The notes: generated by a model not told the origin, from the sequence alone. 64,000 nucleotides of DNA from Eledone cirrhosa (GCA_964016885.1 OZ024746.1:79236001-79300000); one strand, 5' to 3'; positions 13,916-29,371 are shown, numbered from the stretch's first letter. Numbers and translations: made by a program.

Positions 13916-14440
13916 GGTGCTGTTGTTGTTGTTACTATATATTTTTTTGTCTAACTCCACTTTGTTATTCCTTTGTTTGCAGTCAGTGTATGTTTAAAAA
14001 CGATGAGAAGAAATGAAAGAAAACACAACATTGAAGTAAACAACAACGAAAAAAACAAAACAAAACAAAACAAAATAGATGAAGCAGGTGGCGCTGTTAT
14101 TATTTAGTTTCTTGTTCTTGTTGTTAGTAATAGTCATCATCGCCATCATTACTCTCGCCTCCACATTACGTTCATTAGCATCATCATCATGGTCATCATC
14201 GTCATTATCAACATCCTCATTGTCATTAGCATCATCATCATCATCATCATAAAAATCATCATCATCATCATAATCATTATTATATCCATCATCTTTATCA
14301 TGATCATGCTATCATCTAAATTATCATTATCATCACTATCATTCTTCTTCTTCTTCTTCTTCTTCTTCTTCTTCTTCTTCTTCTTCTTCTTCTTCTTCTT
14401 CTTCGTCTTCTTCTTCTTCTTCTTCTTCTTCTTCTTCTGC
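13395..14440. repeat. Trinucleotide microsatellite block (TAG)n, (TTG)n, (ATC)n, (TTC)n
   Basis: Directly visible repeats. Confidence 0.95.
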
Positions 14441-14685
14441 CCCCCCCCTCTCCTTCTTGACGGTGTTGTCTTTCTCGTCCCCCTCACACCCATTAATTCC
14501 AATTCCCCTCCTTAATGTGAGCCAAGAAAGAATGACTGCAGGCAGTGTTTGATTAAATCGATGTTTAGTTGTAAATTACACGACAATGTAATCGGAGGCT
14601 GACAATCAGAGTCAATATAACCACAAATTTGTTATTCTTTCTCACTTTCTTTACCACCTCTCGCATCTTTCTCTGTCTCTTGCGC

Positions 14686-14725
<40 letters not shown>

Positions 14726-14746
14726 CCTACCTACCCACGTACTTAC

Positions 14747-14892
<146 letters not shown>

Positions 14893-14917
14893 TCATATAT
14901 ATATATATATATATATA

Positions 14918-15180
14918 TGGTTAGAGCATTAGGCTTGCAATCGAAAGGTTGTGAGTTCAATTCTCGGACCGGGTGATGTGTTGTTTCCTTGAGCAAGACA
15001 CTTTATTTTACGTTGCTCCAGTTTACTCACTGAAAATGAGTACCAGCAATAGCTGGAGGTTTAACCCTGCGATGGACTGGCGTCCCGTCCAGGAGGGAGG
15101 CTTGTACTCTCAGTCGCTTCACGCCATGAAAGCGAGATAAGCACCGGCCAAATGAGTCTTCTGGCTTAAGACAGACTTTA
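14918..15180 (+). mobile_element. tRNA-derived SINE, family B (CORE-like and V-like central domains)
   Basis: tggttagagc head, B box gagttcaattct, ccttgagcaagacactt, cctgcgatggactggcgtcccgtccagg; decayed 3' parts at ~18385-18500 and ~44028-44165. Confidence 0.7.
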
Positions 15181-15184
15181 GACT

Positions 15185-15218
<34 letters not shown>

Positions 15219-15247
15219 TATCCATTCAATCATTCATCCATCCATCC

Positions 15248-15299
<52 letters not shown>

Positions 15300-15435
15300 A
15301 TCTCTCCCCCTTTTCTCATTTTCTCATTCTCTTTTACCCCCTTCTACCATAACATACGTTACCTTTTTCCTTCGTTGCATGCATTGACTTTCTTTTCAAT
15401 TTCTACACTCACGTAAATGCATATACATATATAAA

Positions 15436-15549
<114 letters not shown>

Positions 15550-16623
15550 TATATATATATATATATATATATACATACTATACATACATATATATACATG
15601 CACAATTATAAAAATATAACTTATATATATATGCATACACACGTATTATTTGCACACACTCGTACATTCACACACGCACAAACACACAGACAAAATCATG
15701 CACACATATATATACATATCTCCCTCTCTTTCTCTTTCTCTCACTCTCTCTCTCTCTATATATATATATATAGATATACTTAGATATAATATACACACAT
15801 ACGTATGTATGTATTCGTGCTCAGACACACACATATACAAATTTATATACATACATATATTAAATTTATATACATTTTTTTCTTGTTCAGTATTTCAACT
15901 TTTTCTTAAATAATATCTCATTTTGTTTTTTAATTCATTTTTAGATTTTTATCTTAAAATCTTTAATTATGTATTTTAGTTCTATTTGAATATATTTCAG
16001 CCGTGCTAAAATATTTAGCAGATCATTACAATTGTGAAATTAATTGAGCAAACGTTTTATCACTATTTATCAATGTTTGCTAACCAACCATTCTATTAGC
16101 ATTAAATTATTACTTTTGTTAATGGCGTACATTCTATCTTTTGCCATCCTTTTGCTATTGTTTTGCCTCCATTATATTATTTATCGTTTCATATTATTTT
16201 TTGTTTATTTATATCGCTTTTATTTCGTACTATTTTTTATTTCTTTATATTTCTTTTATTTCATATTTTTTATTTATTTATATTGCTTTTATTTCATACT
16301 ATTTTTTATTTTATATCTTTCATCGTACATTATTGTTCATTTTATATTATTTTTTTATTTCATATAATTATTCATATTATTTTATTTTTTATTACATATT
16401 ATGTTACATTTTTATCATTTTGTATATATTTCATATAATTATTTCATTTTTTTTTCTTTTAAATGTTGCTGCTTATTGTTACCGTACTTGTCTTGCGTTG
16501 ATGTTTTTTTATTTCTGAATTTTTTCTCTATTTTATTTATTATTTCTTTGGTATAATTGCTTTGTTTTGCATTCGAATTCTGTAGAGAAAACAATTATTA
16601 TCTCACATGTACACGCATGCACG

Positions 16624-16721
<98 letters not shown>

Positions 16722-19614
16722 TGTGTGTGTGTGTACATACATACAAACATATATATAATGATTACTTCATCTCGTTAGATGATAGCGGTTTCATTATTCT
16801 TTGTTAATCAAAGTTCCGCCTTTGATTGATTGCTTGAGCAGCTGATTTAACATCCATTGGTAATGTTGCAGCAGCTGTGGGAGAAAGCTTTTGCCTAGAT
16901 GGAATCCATTTTGGGTAATACTTAGCAAGTTATTTACTTGAAACCCAATCAACTTCTCCCAGTTGATTCATTCCATGTCTCCTCTAAAATGAGAAATCAG
17001 ATATGTGAGCCTGCTACATCTTTCCTTATGGATATAAGATTTATTTTTTTTTTAGGTGTTTGGGTATTTTACATCTTTCCAGAAAGCTTTGGCTAAGTGA
17101 CTGGTGTAGTTTGGATTTTTATTTTTTTCATATTATATTTGTAAAAAGGGGGATAATTGTTGTGAAGCCATTAATACTTGTTTCTGATTATATATTGATT
17201 TTATGTATGGCAGGTATTACGTCAGTTTCCTATATTTTTAAGTAATTGATGGTTGAAAAGTATTTAATTAAGGCTGCAGTGTTTAAAAAAGAGTGTTAGC
17301 ACAGATATTTGTCTGTGTAATAGTGGGATGATGAATAACCAACTGAACTGTTTAAGTATTTTACTTACTTTCCGATAGTCTGCAGTGACCGAGCAACGCC
17401 ATTCAAACAATGGCTCATTCTATTTTGAGGTACACTCAATCCGTTTCATTTGTGAAAAAGTAGAAAAAATATTTTGTTAGTTTTTATGTTTTCTATAATC
17501 TAGGTTCCCTTACTTGCAAACTCGTTTTACTGGAGTATTTTTTTTTTTCAGTGTCAATGAGCAACATTATATTTACTGTTTCCTTTCTTTTTCTGGTATT
17601 TACTTATTTAAACCATTTGAGACTTCTTTTCCTTCATTTCATGTGACGTTTCCTCTCTCCAGCGATGATATTTCTTTGAACGTCGTCGAACATCGTCTTA
17701 ACTGGGGCATATGTTCAATGCATATAGTTTTCGTTATTAAGTTAAATTGTTTCAGTTTTGTCATAGCCCAGTTTGACTATCATTGAACCTTATGCATTTA
17801 ATCTTACACAGGGTTGATATTCATTGATGGAGTGCTGAGTTACAGCTTCCCTTGCATGCTATAGGGTTAATCCAACAATTTTATTACCAGAGAAATCTTT
17901 TAGGAGTCACCTGTACATTGACAATTATTCCCTCATTGAGTGATGTTTCAATCAGGTGTGTTGTTGGGTTAGGTTGAATAAAAGACCTTTATTTCCACGA
18001 ATTGTCTACTGGCGTAATCAAACAGTCTTCCCTTCTCTAAGATCTTGCTGCGATATTTCTGAGAGAATTTGGCGCTATGGCCTCTTTCGTTTACGAAAGT
18101 AGAAATCACCCAGAAAGTCACTACTTTTATCTTATTGAGGCCTTTTTCAAATTTTGTGCCAGGATTTAATGATGCATTTGGCGGGCAATATATTTGTTGT
18201 TGTACATATAACTACGTTAACTTGCTTTACATGTACCGTCGGTCTATCACACACAGATTTCGTGTATGACAGCAACACCGACAATGGTGTTTCAATTTCG
18301 TGGATGTTCAATCGTGGCCTAGTGGTTATGGTGCTGGACGTTCATAATATTGTGGTTTCACGTTGCTCTAGTATACTCAGTTGAAAATGTGTACTGGCAG
18401 TAAATGGGGATATAACCCGCCAAAGAACTGGCATCGTGTCTAGTCACCTAACACTACGAAATCAGGATAAGTACCGGCCTGATACTCCTCCGAGCTTGAG
18501 AAAAACATTAGACGTAGACACCATAACTACTCCATGACGTTTTACTATCTTGTCAGAACCCAAGAGGACATATTTTGATAATGTGAAGTTCTATAACTCA
18601 CATTTATTTGTCAGATATATTTTACGAGGTGCTATGTACGTTGCTTCTTTGCATGTGGTATAGTTACTTAGGATGAGATTTAAACACTTGAAAATTTATC
18701 ATTCTTTTGATTTTTGCAATCGTCCTCAGGAAACCATGGTTTTTCAATTTCTCTTAGCTTGTCATCGGATTTCTCGTCAAGTCACTATGCTTGGAGGAGC
18801 AGACGTTCTTCTTCGATTTTCTAAATTCATATTTCCACTTCCTTACTTCATAAGATTTTTATTTATAGAATTTACCGTATTAAAATTTATCAATATTTTG
18901 GAAGCATCTATAACCTTTTAGAAATATATCGTAACTAAATGATTTAATAATACTAGAATATTACTGCAGAATATATGAAAAAAGAAGAATACTACGTTCA
19001 GTGTATTTTAATTATCATATTGATTGATTAGAATTTACCATATAAAAGTTTAATCATGCTTTGGAAATGTCTAACCTATTTACAAATACATAGTAATTAA
19101 TAATTCTATAATTCAAGAATACGTCTGTCGTGTATATGGAAATAATACATCGTACGGTTTTTACTTATTTGATATACTGTTAAGAATACAAAGTTTCACA
19201 ATAATTTGGAAATATATAATATTTGTAGAAAATAATTGAAATACTTTTCGAATAAGAATACCAGTTTTAATTATGATATAATTTAGAATGAAAAAGCATC
19301 AGTGAAACTTTATTGGGCAGATGTTTTACAGTAATAGAGACGTAGGTACGTTCGTGGCGAATGCCAATTCTAAACAGTGTACATGTGATAGTAAGTTAAA
19401 TATAATAGTTAGATATGGAAATGATAATAAGGTTTATATAAAACAGAGATAGAGAAACACTTACTCTATTTGTTTCATTATAGACGAATATGTACTGCAG
19501 GTGAATGAAGTTTTATTCTATATATCTTAATTTACCTGTGGATTTCAATATTACATACATTTATCGTTGATAAAATCAATCATCATTCTCAGGCATTATT
19601 TTTCCACTACAAAT

Positions 19615-19990
19615 CGAATGCTTCCCCAAGTCGGTGCCAATTGTTCCTACCCTGTGCTTTTCCTATCCACGTAAGTTTCATAAACATATTGTCTGTATCA
19701 TTTTCTGTTTTCCTCAACTACGTGAAACATATCAGCTTTTTCTCAAGTCTGTACATAACTTTATCCATCCTGGTGTTATTTGTTTGTGCAAGATATCCTG
19801 GTTAATATGTTGTATGTTACCTTGTACTTTGGTTTACTATCATGCAATGCTCCATATTTCCTTATGTTCAAAGCTCCTGTTTCTTGTTCATGTATCTCCT
19901 GCATAGGTCAGTGTTGTTATTACACATTGCTGAAACACTCCGTACCTCAAGCATAGTTAAGTCACAACTCCGATCTATGTCTGTAAAATG
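19615..19990 (-). pseudogene. Decayed RTE-clade LINE ORF 3' end
   Basis: Minus strand reads WIGKAQGRNNWHRLGEAF, resembling the RTE C-terminal WxxxAxDRxxWRxLGEAF; stops upstream. Confidence 0.5.
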
Positions 19991-20471
19991 GGATGGAATT
20001 AATTATTTACGGATTACTGTTATAATCTAAAGATAATTTAATTGTTTATCGATTTCATGTATATGTGAATTTCAGTATGAAATAATAATTTCTGAAATAA
20101 CCACAAATCTAATTGACGACGAAAATTGCAATCATTTGTATATTAAGTATGTTATTGGTATTAAGTAAAGGGGACAACAACTCTCTCTTATTCTTATGTG
20201 ATATATTACATCCCTTCAGAGTGGTAATAAGTGTAAGATGTTTTGTGATATAGGAGTTACATAAAAGATAGCCTGGTAGGTGGTGAGATAAAGAGTTTAG
20301 GTTACATCTATAGATATTAGTATCATTACACTACAATAAGTACATCACATTCTTGACATTATTAATAAAATCCGAATTTCTCAACTGTTACAGTCTAATA
20401 TAACGCTTGCATTATTATCATTATTATATAAGTTACATTTTGATTCGACATGAAAGGCATATGCCTTAGAG

Positions 20472-20778
20472 CAGGGGTGTGCAACATATTCCATTGGCAG
20501 GTCATTTTGAACATTAGAACAACTATTATGGCCATTAAGCACTATTCCAAAGATTCACCACAACTTCTTTCCATAGCATGGAACCGGGAAATTATAATAC
20601 ACATAACCTTATCAGTGAAACTCTTTAGTATAGGTCAACTAACACAAAATTATATTACGGTTACGAAAAAATTCTAAATAAGCCTACAAGGTAAACATTT
20701 TAAACAGTCATCGCAGGCCACTTTGACTGGTCTGCCGGGCCAGATTGTGGCCCGCGGGCCACCTGTTGCACGCCACTG
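20472..20778. mobile_element. hAT-type MITE, 307 bp
   Basis: TIRs caggggtgtgcaac / gttgcacgccactg; 8-bp TSD ccttagag (20464-20471) vs ctttagag (20779-20786); subterminal ggcccgcgggcc. Confidence 0.85.
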
Positions 20779-21126
20779 CTTTAGAGGAAGAGACAAAAGA
20801 GAAACTATGATGTTCATATCTTTTCCGATTGTATACGATAACGACACACATGCAGTTTGGAGCGAACGCAGCTCTATCAACCAACCAAGTATCGAAACTA
20901 TATTACGGCCTCGACTAGCCCGGAGCCTACTAGCTTTTGCCATTATAAATATATAAATAAACAAATAAATATTAATGGCTCGGGAATAATCGAGATGCAT
21001 GCCTTGGTGGATAATGTTTTATACGAAGAACAAATTAAATAAGGTACTGTTAGAAATATCAAGGAGAAACACACACACACATGTACACACACACGTATAT
21101 ATATAAACACAAATGTATGTATATGG

Positions 21127-21157
<31 letters not shown>

Positions 21158-21202
21158 TGTATACATATAAGCAAATATTACATATGTATGTATATGTATA
21201 TG

Positions 21203-21234
<32 letters not shown>

Positions 21235-21316
21235 TATATGTATAAATATAGATACATATTTATATGTATATATATATATATACATATTTATATCTATATA
21301 TATATATCTATACATA

Positions 21317-21384
<68 letters not shown>

Positions 21385-21486
21385 TGTATATATATACATA
21401 TATATATGTATACATATATATATATGTATACATATATACACATATATATATGTATATATGTATATATATATATATACACACATCTA

Positions 21487-21578
<92 letters not shown>

Positions 21579-21588
21579 TACATATATA

Positions 21589-21652
<64 letters not shown>

Positions 21653-21720
21653 TATATACATATATATATATATACATATATATATATACATATATATACA
21701 TATACATATATATACATATT

Positions 21721-21763
<43 letters not shown>

Positions 21764-22536
21764 ACAAACAAAAAAAAAACATTGTTATTTCAGGAAATAA
21801 GTCGATGATATGGGGTGGGGAAATATATCCCTAACATCTACATACGAGCCGTATAAAAAGGGAAATAAGATTCTACTTGAAGAACGTCAAGCATTTCTGC
21901 TTATTACCGCTTGTGGTCGATTGCAAAGAACAGCTCTGATAAGAACCCAACCATCTTTGGTCTCTTTGAAGATTATTTTTATTCTTATTTTCTTTTTCTT
22001 CTATTCTATTTTATTGTCAGCGAAGATAGACGATGCCGTGTTCCTCAGAAGTGTTGAGCAGTAAGTTCTCGTGATTTCTGTCTGATATTCTGTTTGAAGA
22101 GAAAGAAAGTAGATATAGATTGTCAAGAGTGTAGCAATTTCACAGGCCGGACTTGGAAGAAAAGAGACGGGTGGTCTCTTCATGAGTGGAATCAATCAGA
22201 AAAATGTATGATTGCAAACGGCTACTTGGATGAGTTGTCATCTTCTTAAACCATTATGTCAGGCTATGAGTTCGTATTTCAGTTCAGGTATGATTTAATC
22301 TGCTATATATTCTCTTCGGTATAAAATCTACTTTGTATCTATTATACCGTCCGGTATTATGTCATTGTATTCTATTACAATTTCATTCACTTCTGTAAGA
22401 ATAGTAAATCGACCTGGTACTTGACTGGTGCATATTTTATCGGCAAAAAAACATTACATAATATATAAATATAATATAATACTCTCCCTCATATATCAGG
22501 TCGTCAAGTATATATATATATATATTGGGTCGTCAA

Positions 22537-22586
<50 letters not shown>

Positions 22587-22830
22587 GAGTTCCCTTCACG
22601 AGCTCGATGTCGCGAGTTCAATACTTCGAAATCTTGAACATATGTATTTTAGCATACTTTTCAGTCAACAGAAATTTTGTGAGTGAAGATAGGTGTCATT
22701 AGAAACACATATAAAAATACCAGTAAAAGGAAATTATAACTGAGAATCCGAAATACACTGCAAACACGGCTTTTGAAAGCTAACAACAGGCATACATATA
22801 TAGATACATACCCATACATCATTATTTGTT

Positions 22831-23013
22831 GATTGGCAGTATCGGTAGAAGGTTGGACGCCATGCTTTCTAGCATAGAGTTACGTCCCTTTATGATCTGA
22901 GTTCAAATCCCGCCGAGGTTAACTTTGGCTTTCATCCTTACGGGGTCGATAAAATAAAGTACCAGTAATGTACTGAGTAATTGCTGGCCTTGTGCCTAAA
23001 GTAGAAACAATTA
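22831..23013 (+). mobile_element. tRNA-derived SINE, family A
   Basis: A box tggcagtatcgg, B box gagttcaaatccc, body ctttcatccttacggggtcgataaaataaagtaccag, tail gctggccttgtgcctaaagtagaaacaatt. Confidence 0.85.
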
Positions 23014-23055
23014 TTTATTTTATATTAAAACACACTCACTCACACACACACACAC

Positions 23056-23114
<59 letters not shown>

Positions 23115-23235
23115 CTGTGCCATGCTATGTTTCCCTGAGAACTATGTTAAGCGTACGTGTGTCTATGGAATAATCAGACCTATCCACACTGATTTTCCTA
23201 GTAGGTTGTCCCTTCACCAAATATATATATATATA

Positions 23236-24277
23236 TATATCATAAAACATGTCCATAGAATCACCAGGTAAAATATATACCGTTTCCTCTCCCAATTAGC
23301 ATAATTAATCATATAAAAAATCAATTAGATCAAGCTATAAGAATAAAGGCTCCTATGAAGAAATCTCCGACAAATAACGGAAAGCAGCCCCTTAGCGGCG
23401 GTTACCACGGAGTATTTATCGAATATTTCGACAGCATGTATTAATCGACCAGATATACAGTCAACTAAACAGAATTAGGTGTAAAATAAACTAGGAGAAA
23501 AGTGTACATATTTAATTACCTCTACCATGGTTTCGTCCGCATTTTAAGACATCCGATAACATAGGATATCTAGAGCTTCGGATTCTTCAGGAGTTAGCTC
23601 AAATTTAGACAATTAATTTTCCAAAGTGATCGCGCCAAGAATACATTCAAAAATGACTAAGAATCGTGACGTGGCAGCGGTCAAGTTAGAAAGGATGTGA
23701 TTAGTTGCTTACGGCTGGTAGGCTTTTTGCTAGAAAGCGCAGCCAAATACAGCCAAATTGTATCTCAACCTAACGGGAGATTATTACATATAAAGGTTTA
23801 CATATATATATATATATAAAGTCATAGATATATATGTGTTTTGCAACGGGTCACTTTGTGACTCAATGAAGAATTAATAAATTAAATAATCAGAGCTATA
23901 TATCATAAAACATGTCTATAGAATCACCAGATAAAATATATACCGTTTCCTCTTCCAATTAGCATAATTAACCTGTCGAAATATTCGATAAATACTCCGT
24001 GGTAACCGCCGCGAAGGGGCTGCTTTCGGTTATTTGTCGGAGATTTCTTCATAGGAGCCTTTATTCCTTATAGCTTGATCTAATTGATTTTTTATATGAT
24101 TAATTATGCTAATTGGGAGAGGAAACGGTATATATTTTATCTGGTGATTCTATAGACATGTTTTATGATATATAGCTCTGATTATTTAATTTATTAATTC
24201 TTCATTGAGCCACAAAGTGACCCGTTGCAAAACACATATATATCTATGACTTTATATATATATATATATATGTAAAC

Positions 24278-24283
<6 letters not shown>
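23236..24283. mobile_element. Penelope-like insert: ~660 bp unit, partial tandem duplication and inverted copy, between (TA)n tracts
   Basis: 23236-23308 repeated at ~23898-23971; 23973-24283 is the reverse complement of 23790-23900 joined to 23240-23434. Confidence 0.7.
23520..23593 (-). ncRNA. Hammerhead ribozyme motif with extended stem II
   Basis: Minus strand: ctc-CTGAAGA-atccg...cggac-GAAA-ccatgg-TA^gag; palindromic stem III ACCATGGT, GUA site. Confidence 0.75.
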
Positions 24284-24365
<82 letters not shown>

Positions 24366-24647
24366 GATGGTGCACCTGACAACCGCTCTATGAATTAAGA
24401 CTGAACTGAAAAATATTAAGAAAAAGAAATGGGAATAAATAATAGAGGAATTATCAGAAGAAAATCATCAGAAGGTAAGAGGAAAAAATGGAACAATCTT
24501 AGGAAAGTAAATAAAAAAAAAGATGGAGATAGAATTAGTGAAATGGAAAAAAACATTTAATTCTCACTTCACATACCATTTATTCTTTTTTAATGGTTGT
24601 AGAATGAAGAGAATGAAAAAAGTCAGAATGAGAGACAGCTAATTTGT

Positions 24648-25635
24648 ACAGTTGAGACGGTGTTAGACACAATTGAGACGGTGCTAGACACAGTTGAAAC
24701 AGTGCTAGACACACATTTGAGACGGTGCTAGAGACAGTTGAGACGGTGCTAGACGCAGTTGAGACGGTGCTAGACACATGGTTGAGGCGACGCTAGACGC
24801 ACAGTTGAGACGGTGCTAGTCACACAGTTGAGACGGTGCTAGACACAGTTGAGATGGTGCTAGACACAGTTGAGACGGTGCTAGACACAGTTGAGACGGT
24901 GCTAGTCACACAGTTGAGACGGTGCTAGTCACACAGTTGAGACGGTGCTAGACACAGTTGAGACGGTGCTAGACACAGTTGAGACGGTGCTAGACACAGT
25001 TGAGACGGTGCTAGACACACAGTTGAGGCGACGCTAGACGCACAGTTGAGACGGTGCTAGTCACACAGTTGAGACGGTGCTAGACACAGTTGAGACGGTG
25101 ATAGACACAGTTGAGACGGTGCTAGTCACACAGTTGAGACAGTGCTAGACACAGTTGAGACGGTGCTAGACACAGTTGAGACGGTGCTAGACACACAGTT
25201 GAGGCGACGCTAGACGCACAGTTGAGACGGTGCTAGTCACACAGTTGAGACGGTGCTAGACACAGTTAAGACGGTGCTAGTCACACAGTTGAGACGGTGC
25301 TAGACACAGTTGAGACGGTGCTAGACACAGTTGAGACGGTGCTAGACACAGTTGAGACGGTGCTAGACACAGTTGAGACGGTGCTAGTCACACAGTTGAG
25401 ACGGTGCTAGACACAGTTGAGACGGTGCTAGACACAGTTGAGACGGTGCTAGACACAGTTGAGACGGTGCTAGTCACACAGTTGAGACGGTGCTAGACAC
25501 AGTTGAGACGGTGCTAGACACAGTTGAGACGGTGCTAGACACAGTTGAGACGGTGCTAGTCACACAGTTGAGAGGGTGCTAGACACACAATTGATTGAGG
25601 CGGTGCTAGACGCACAGATGAGACTGTGCTAAAGA
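24648..25635 (+). repeat. 21/23-bp minisatellite
   Basis: Unit cacagttgagacggtgctaga with 23-bp variants; about 45 copies. Confidence 0.95.
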
Positions 25636-28600
25636 CACAGTTATAGCAGCATTAGACACAGAGCTGTGATTGTACTAGACACAATGTTGAAAGGTTATAA
25701 GGTACACAATGAAGACGATTCTTAACACGCGGTTGAAGTGGTACTACTTTCAGAGTTGAGACGGCAGGGTTTTGTATTCAGATGCTGCACTATATTATTG
25801 CCCTGTGTTTCGTTGACATGCAGTGCTGAGTTCAACTTTCATATTTTGAACGTTGGAAACAAAAAAAGCAACATTCTTTTGTCTTTTTACTAACAAGTTT
25901 AAGAAAATGTTTAATTTTTTGTACTTGAAATCTTGAAGAAGAATTAACATGTCATTAGCAGAAACGTCTCTCCAGTAAATACAATGAAAAAGGTTTATGT
26001 GATACAGATACAGGGCTACACACTTGAGGAAAGGGAATACTTGGTTACAAATGGATGATGAGAGGTACTTCGATTACATCAACGGTAGTAATTGACTGTT
26101 ACTGTATTTTATCAATCCCGGAAGGATGTAAAACAAAGTTAACCTTGGTGGGATTTCGACTCAGATCATAAAGAGCCGGAACACAAACTTTTTTCCGATA
26201 CGACTAATAATACTGACTATTATTTAAAATATTATAAGTGTTAGATTTGCTGAATTGCCATTGTGGTATTTGTTCTAGCTCTTTACATTCTGAGTTGAAG
26301 TCCCTGTGAGGTCAAATTTGTTGTGAAGTCAAAAATCCTTTCAAGTCCGATAATTTAAATTGCCTGTACAGTACTAGGGTCGATATAATCCAGTTTTTCC
26401 ACTCGCAAATCATTAGTGCTTAAATTAGAAATCATTATTTCCAGCATTGACGCAATACTAGTCAATTTACACTGACACATGAAATACGAGTCTTCCAAAA
26501 CGCAACACTTGCCCACCGTTCAAAAATATATGCAGTTGTTGGAAATTCAGTGTTGGCTTATCAGCATATCAGCTGATATGCCGGACTGGGTGTTCACAAC
26601 ATATCTCCTCTTCCACAAGAAGCGAAAGAACAGATGATGCATTCAAGCCAATATTCAACGAAGGTGTTATATGTGTTCACCACATCAACCAACATTGAAG
26701 ATATAGGTTTCTCTCAGTGGATTTTTGTGTGAGACTGGACATCATGCTAATAATGTTTTCTCGTTTCTTATCTACCGAGAGGTATGCATGGAAAATGACC
26801 AAAGACTTAAATTAGACAAACGTGCCTAGCGTTATTGATCGGCTCTTTAGATTCAGAAAAAAGTTGCCTTACCCTCGAAATCTATTCTTTTCCAAGAAAA
26901 CATAGCTGTACTATACAATCCGATCCCGGCTCATCGTTGTCACATAAGAAGAGCATGAATGTCTGCCTGCTAGAAATTCTAATCTTGCTAATATGCATTC
27001 CATATAAATTCAGTGACTCAGGATCATAGGCAACCTGCTCCAAGAAAAGGTCCAGAAGACAAACATGACACAATAAATCCCGTACATCTAACCCATTGCC
27101 ATGTAATAGATAAGAAGATTGTACCTTTGAAATATTTATTGTAGACACAAAACGAATTTTGGTTTGTTTATTAGCGGTTAAATATGCTCATCTCTGATGT
27201 AGCAAGAACACGTGACATATTTCTTCTAACATCGTAACTAAGAGCTTCAGTCTGATATGTTATTAACGCTACAAGCCAAGTTTTTAGAGATTACGACTTT
27301 ACAAGGATCTCCTTACGACTGCGGCTTAGATAGATACTGGTTGCATAATCATACTACTAATTGCTCACATCAACAGCAACAGCGTGACTATCACGATCTA
27401 CTTTCTGAGCGGTATAAATAAAAAAGGCTTTTACATCAAATAACGCAGTATAGAGAAGGATGGATTAGAAGCCGTTATTTTTATGTACATGTGCACACAC
27501 ATGTACACGCACGCACGCGCATACTTTTCTGTCTTTCTCAGAAATATTTTCTCTCTTTCACGCTCAGTAATTCCCGGACTTTTTTCTCTATTCGTGTAGC
27601 CTCGTACATGTCGCCTTCTTCTTCTTCTTCTTCTTCTTCTTCTTCTTCTTCTTCTTCTTCTTCTTCTTCTTCTTCTTCTTCTTCTTCTTTAATATCACCA
27701 CCATTACTATCACCACAATCAAGAAGAAGAAAAAAAGTAGTAATTTTTTTCCAATGCCACTGTAATCGTCCCAACACCTTCTCCCTGCAATATCATCGCC
27801 ACCATCTTTTCTTTATGTGGCCATGTTTGCGTGAATATGCAGATTTGAAGAAATACCAAACCGATATTCTCTATTGGATCTGGCCGTAAAATTGATGTTT
27901 TATCATTAATATGCATATTAATACAGCTACAAATTTTTCTTTCCCTTTAATTACCAATAATCTAAATGTAAATTTATCCAAAGACAGATTGTTTGGACGG
28001 GTAGCAATAATTTTGGAATGAAATTCATGGCATGGAATCGATTTCAAAGTATAATAGTTTCTTAATTAAGCATAATGAAGCGATGGTAATATGGGCGGGA
28101 GCTGACGTGTTGAGTAGTTGAGGCGTTAACATTTCTCTTTAAGCATTACCATATTAAGCAAAGCATTTTTGCATGAAAATCCAAACTGTCATAGGGATGA
28201 TACGGAATAAAAGCATTTCACTGTGATCAAATTCCCAGTATAAATCGATTGACAAAATATTGATCTCTTCCCTTACATGCATTCTAACAAGGTAATGCTG
28301 CTCTGCTATCCTAATTCATCTATTATTTAACGGCATGGCAAAATTTGACGAATTCTAGGAAGGAGGCGACGAATTGGCAAAGTTTCTAGAATAGAACGTT
28401 GGATAGAATTCCTTGCGGTATTTATTCCAGTTCTCTGAGCTCTAAGTATAAATACCGCAGAGGTCAACTTTAACTGTCATCATTTTGAGGGCGATAAATA
28501 AAGTACTGTTTTCGATTCCTCACTTATATATCTTTCGCATTCCATCTTTTTTTTGTATACACTCTCTCACTCCCTTACTCTGGAGAGGAATGGATTCCAC

Positions 28601-29009
28601 CAGGTTTAAAACCTAAGGCACGCCGAATGTAATGAGGGCACCCTGACGACTCAATCAGGAGTTAAAGGTACATGGGTGGATATAATTCTAACATCAGAAG
28701 CGACGGTGTCGAGCTCTCCGCGGCTCTAAAATTATGAACATCTTCGAAACCACTGGTAATGCTAAATATGTTAAACTAATATTATAATCATTCTCAACTT
28801 CCACTTGATGTATTGATTGCTCCTTTCTGTCGTCTCTACCGACACATTATAACGGAAACATTTGCAAAACGACTCACAAATGTAAATATTCACAAACAGA
28901 TTCCCAATCCACGAATAACAAAATATGAACTATCAAACTGCGGAATTTATGAGTATAGGCTGGAAGACTTGGAATTCAGATTTAAATTTTGAAGGTCAAA
29001 ACAGCTTCA

Positions 29010-29256
29010 TATATTTATCTGCTAATCTTGTTTATAGAATTCTATGCCGTGGATGTGAGCGAAATTGCATCAAAACTGGGGAAGAATTAAGGAAACAGAT
29101 GAACATCCAGCGACAACAAATCCTAGATATTATATGCAAAAGAATTCCATTGAATTTCTCCAATTCATAATTTTTCAGATGACATTACCAAACAATAAAT
29201 AACAAACAAGGAGAAATTGCTAATTTACAAATACAAACCACGCTTAAATGTTTAGG
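29010..29256 (+). pseudogene. Decayed Penelope-like GIY-YIG endonuclease
   Basis: SANLVYRILCRGCERNCIKTGEELRKQMNIQRQQI resembles the PLE NxxYxIxCxxCxxxYIGxTxxxLxxRxxxH motif; after frameshifts KYKPRLNV*. Confidence 0.7.
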
Positions 29257-29371
29257 TACAATAAATATTCCGCCCAAAATGCACGTACCAAGTCAGGTGA
29301 CTACAACTAGGATTCTTACAGTTTTAAAATATACCACAAAAATGTTAGCGTTCTATCATAACGTTCTACAA

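Noticed and set aside
16850-18900. Old DNA-transposon coding remnants
   Set aside because: Higher-complexity sequence and a tacgagg word at ~18623, but no recognisable catalytic motif or paired TIR.
24648-25635. CRISPR-like periodicity
   Set aside because: No unique spacers, contiguous units, no cas genes, eukaryotic context.
26480-27330. LINE RT remnant (also ~38030-38480 and ~44520-45250)
   Set aside because: Only faint motif echoes (LQEKVQK, EAVQRSF); too decayed to call by eye.
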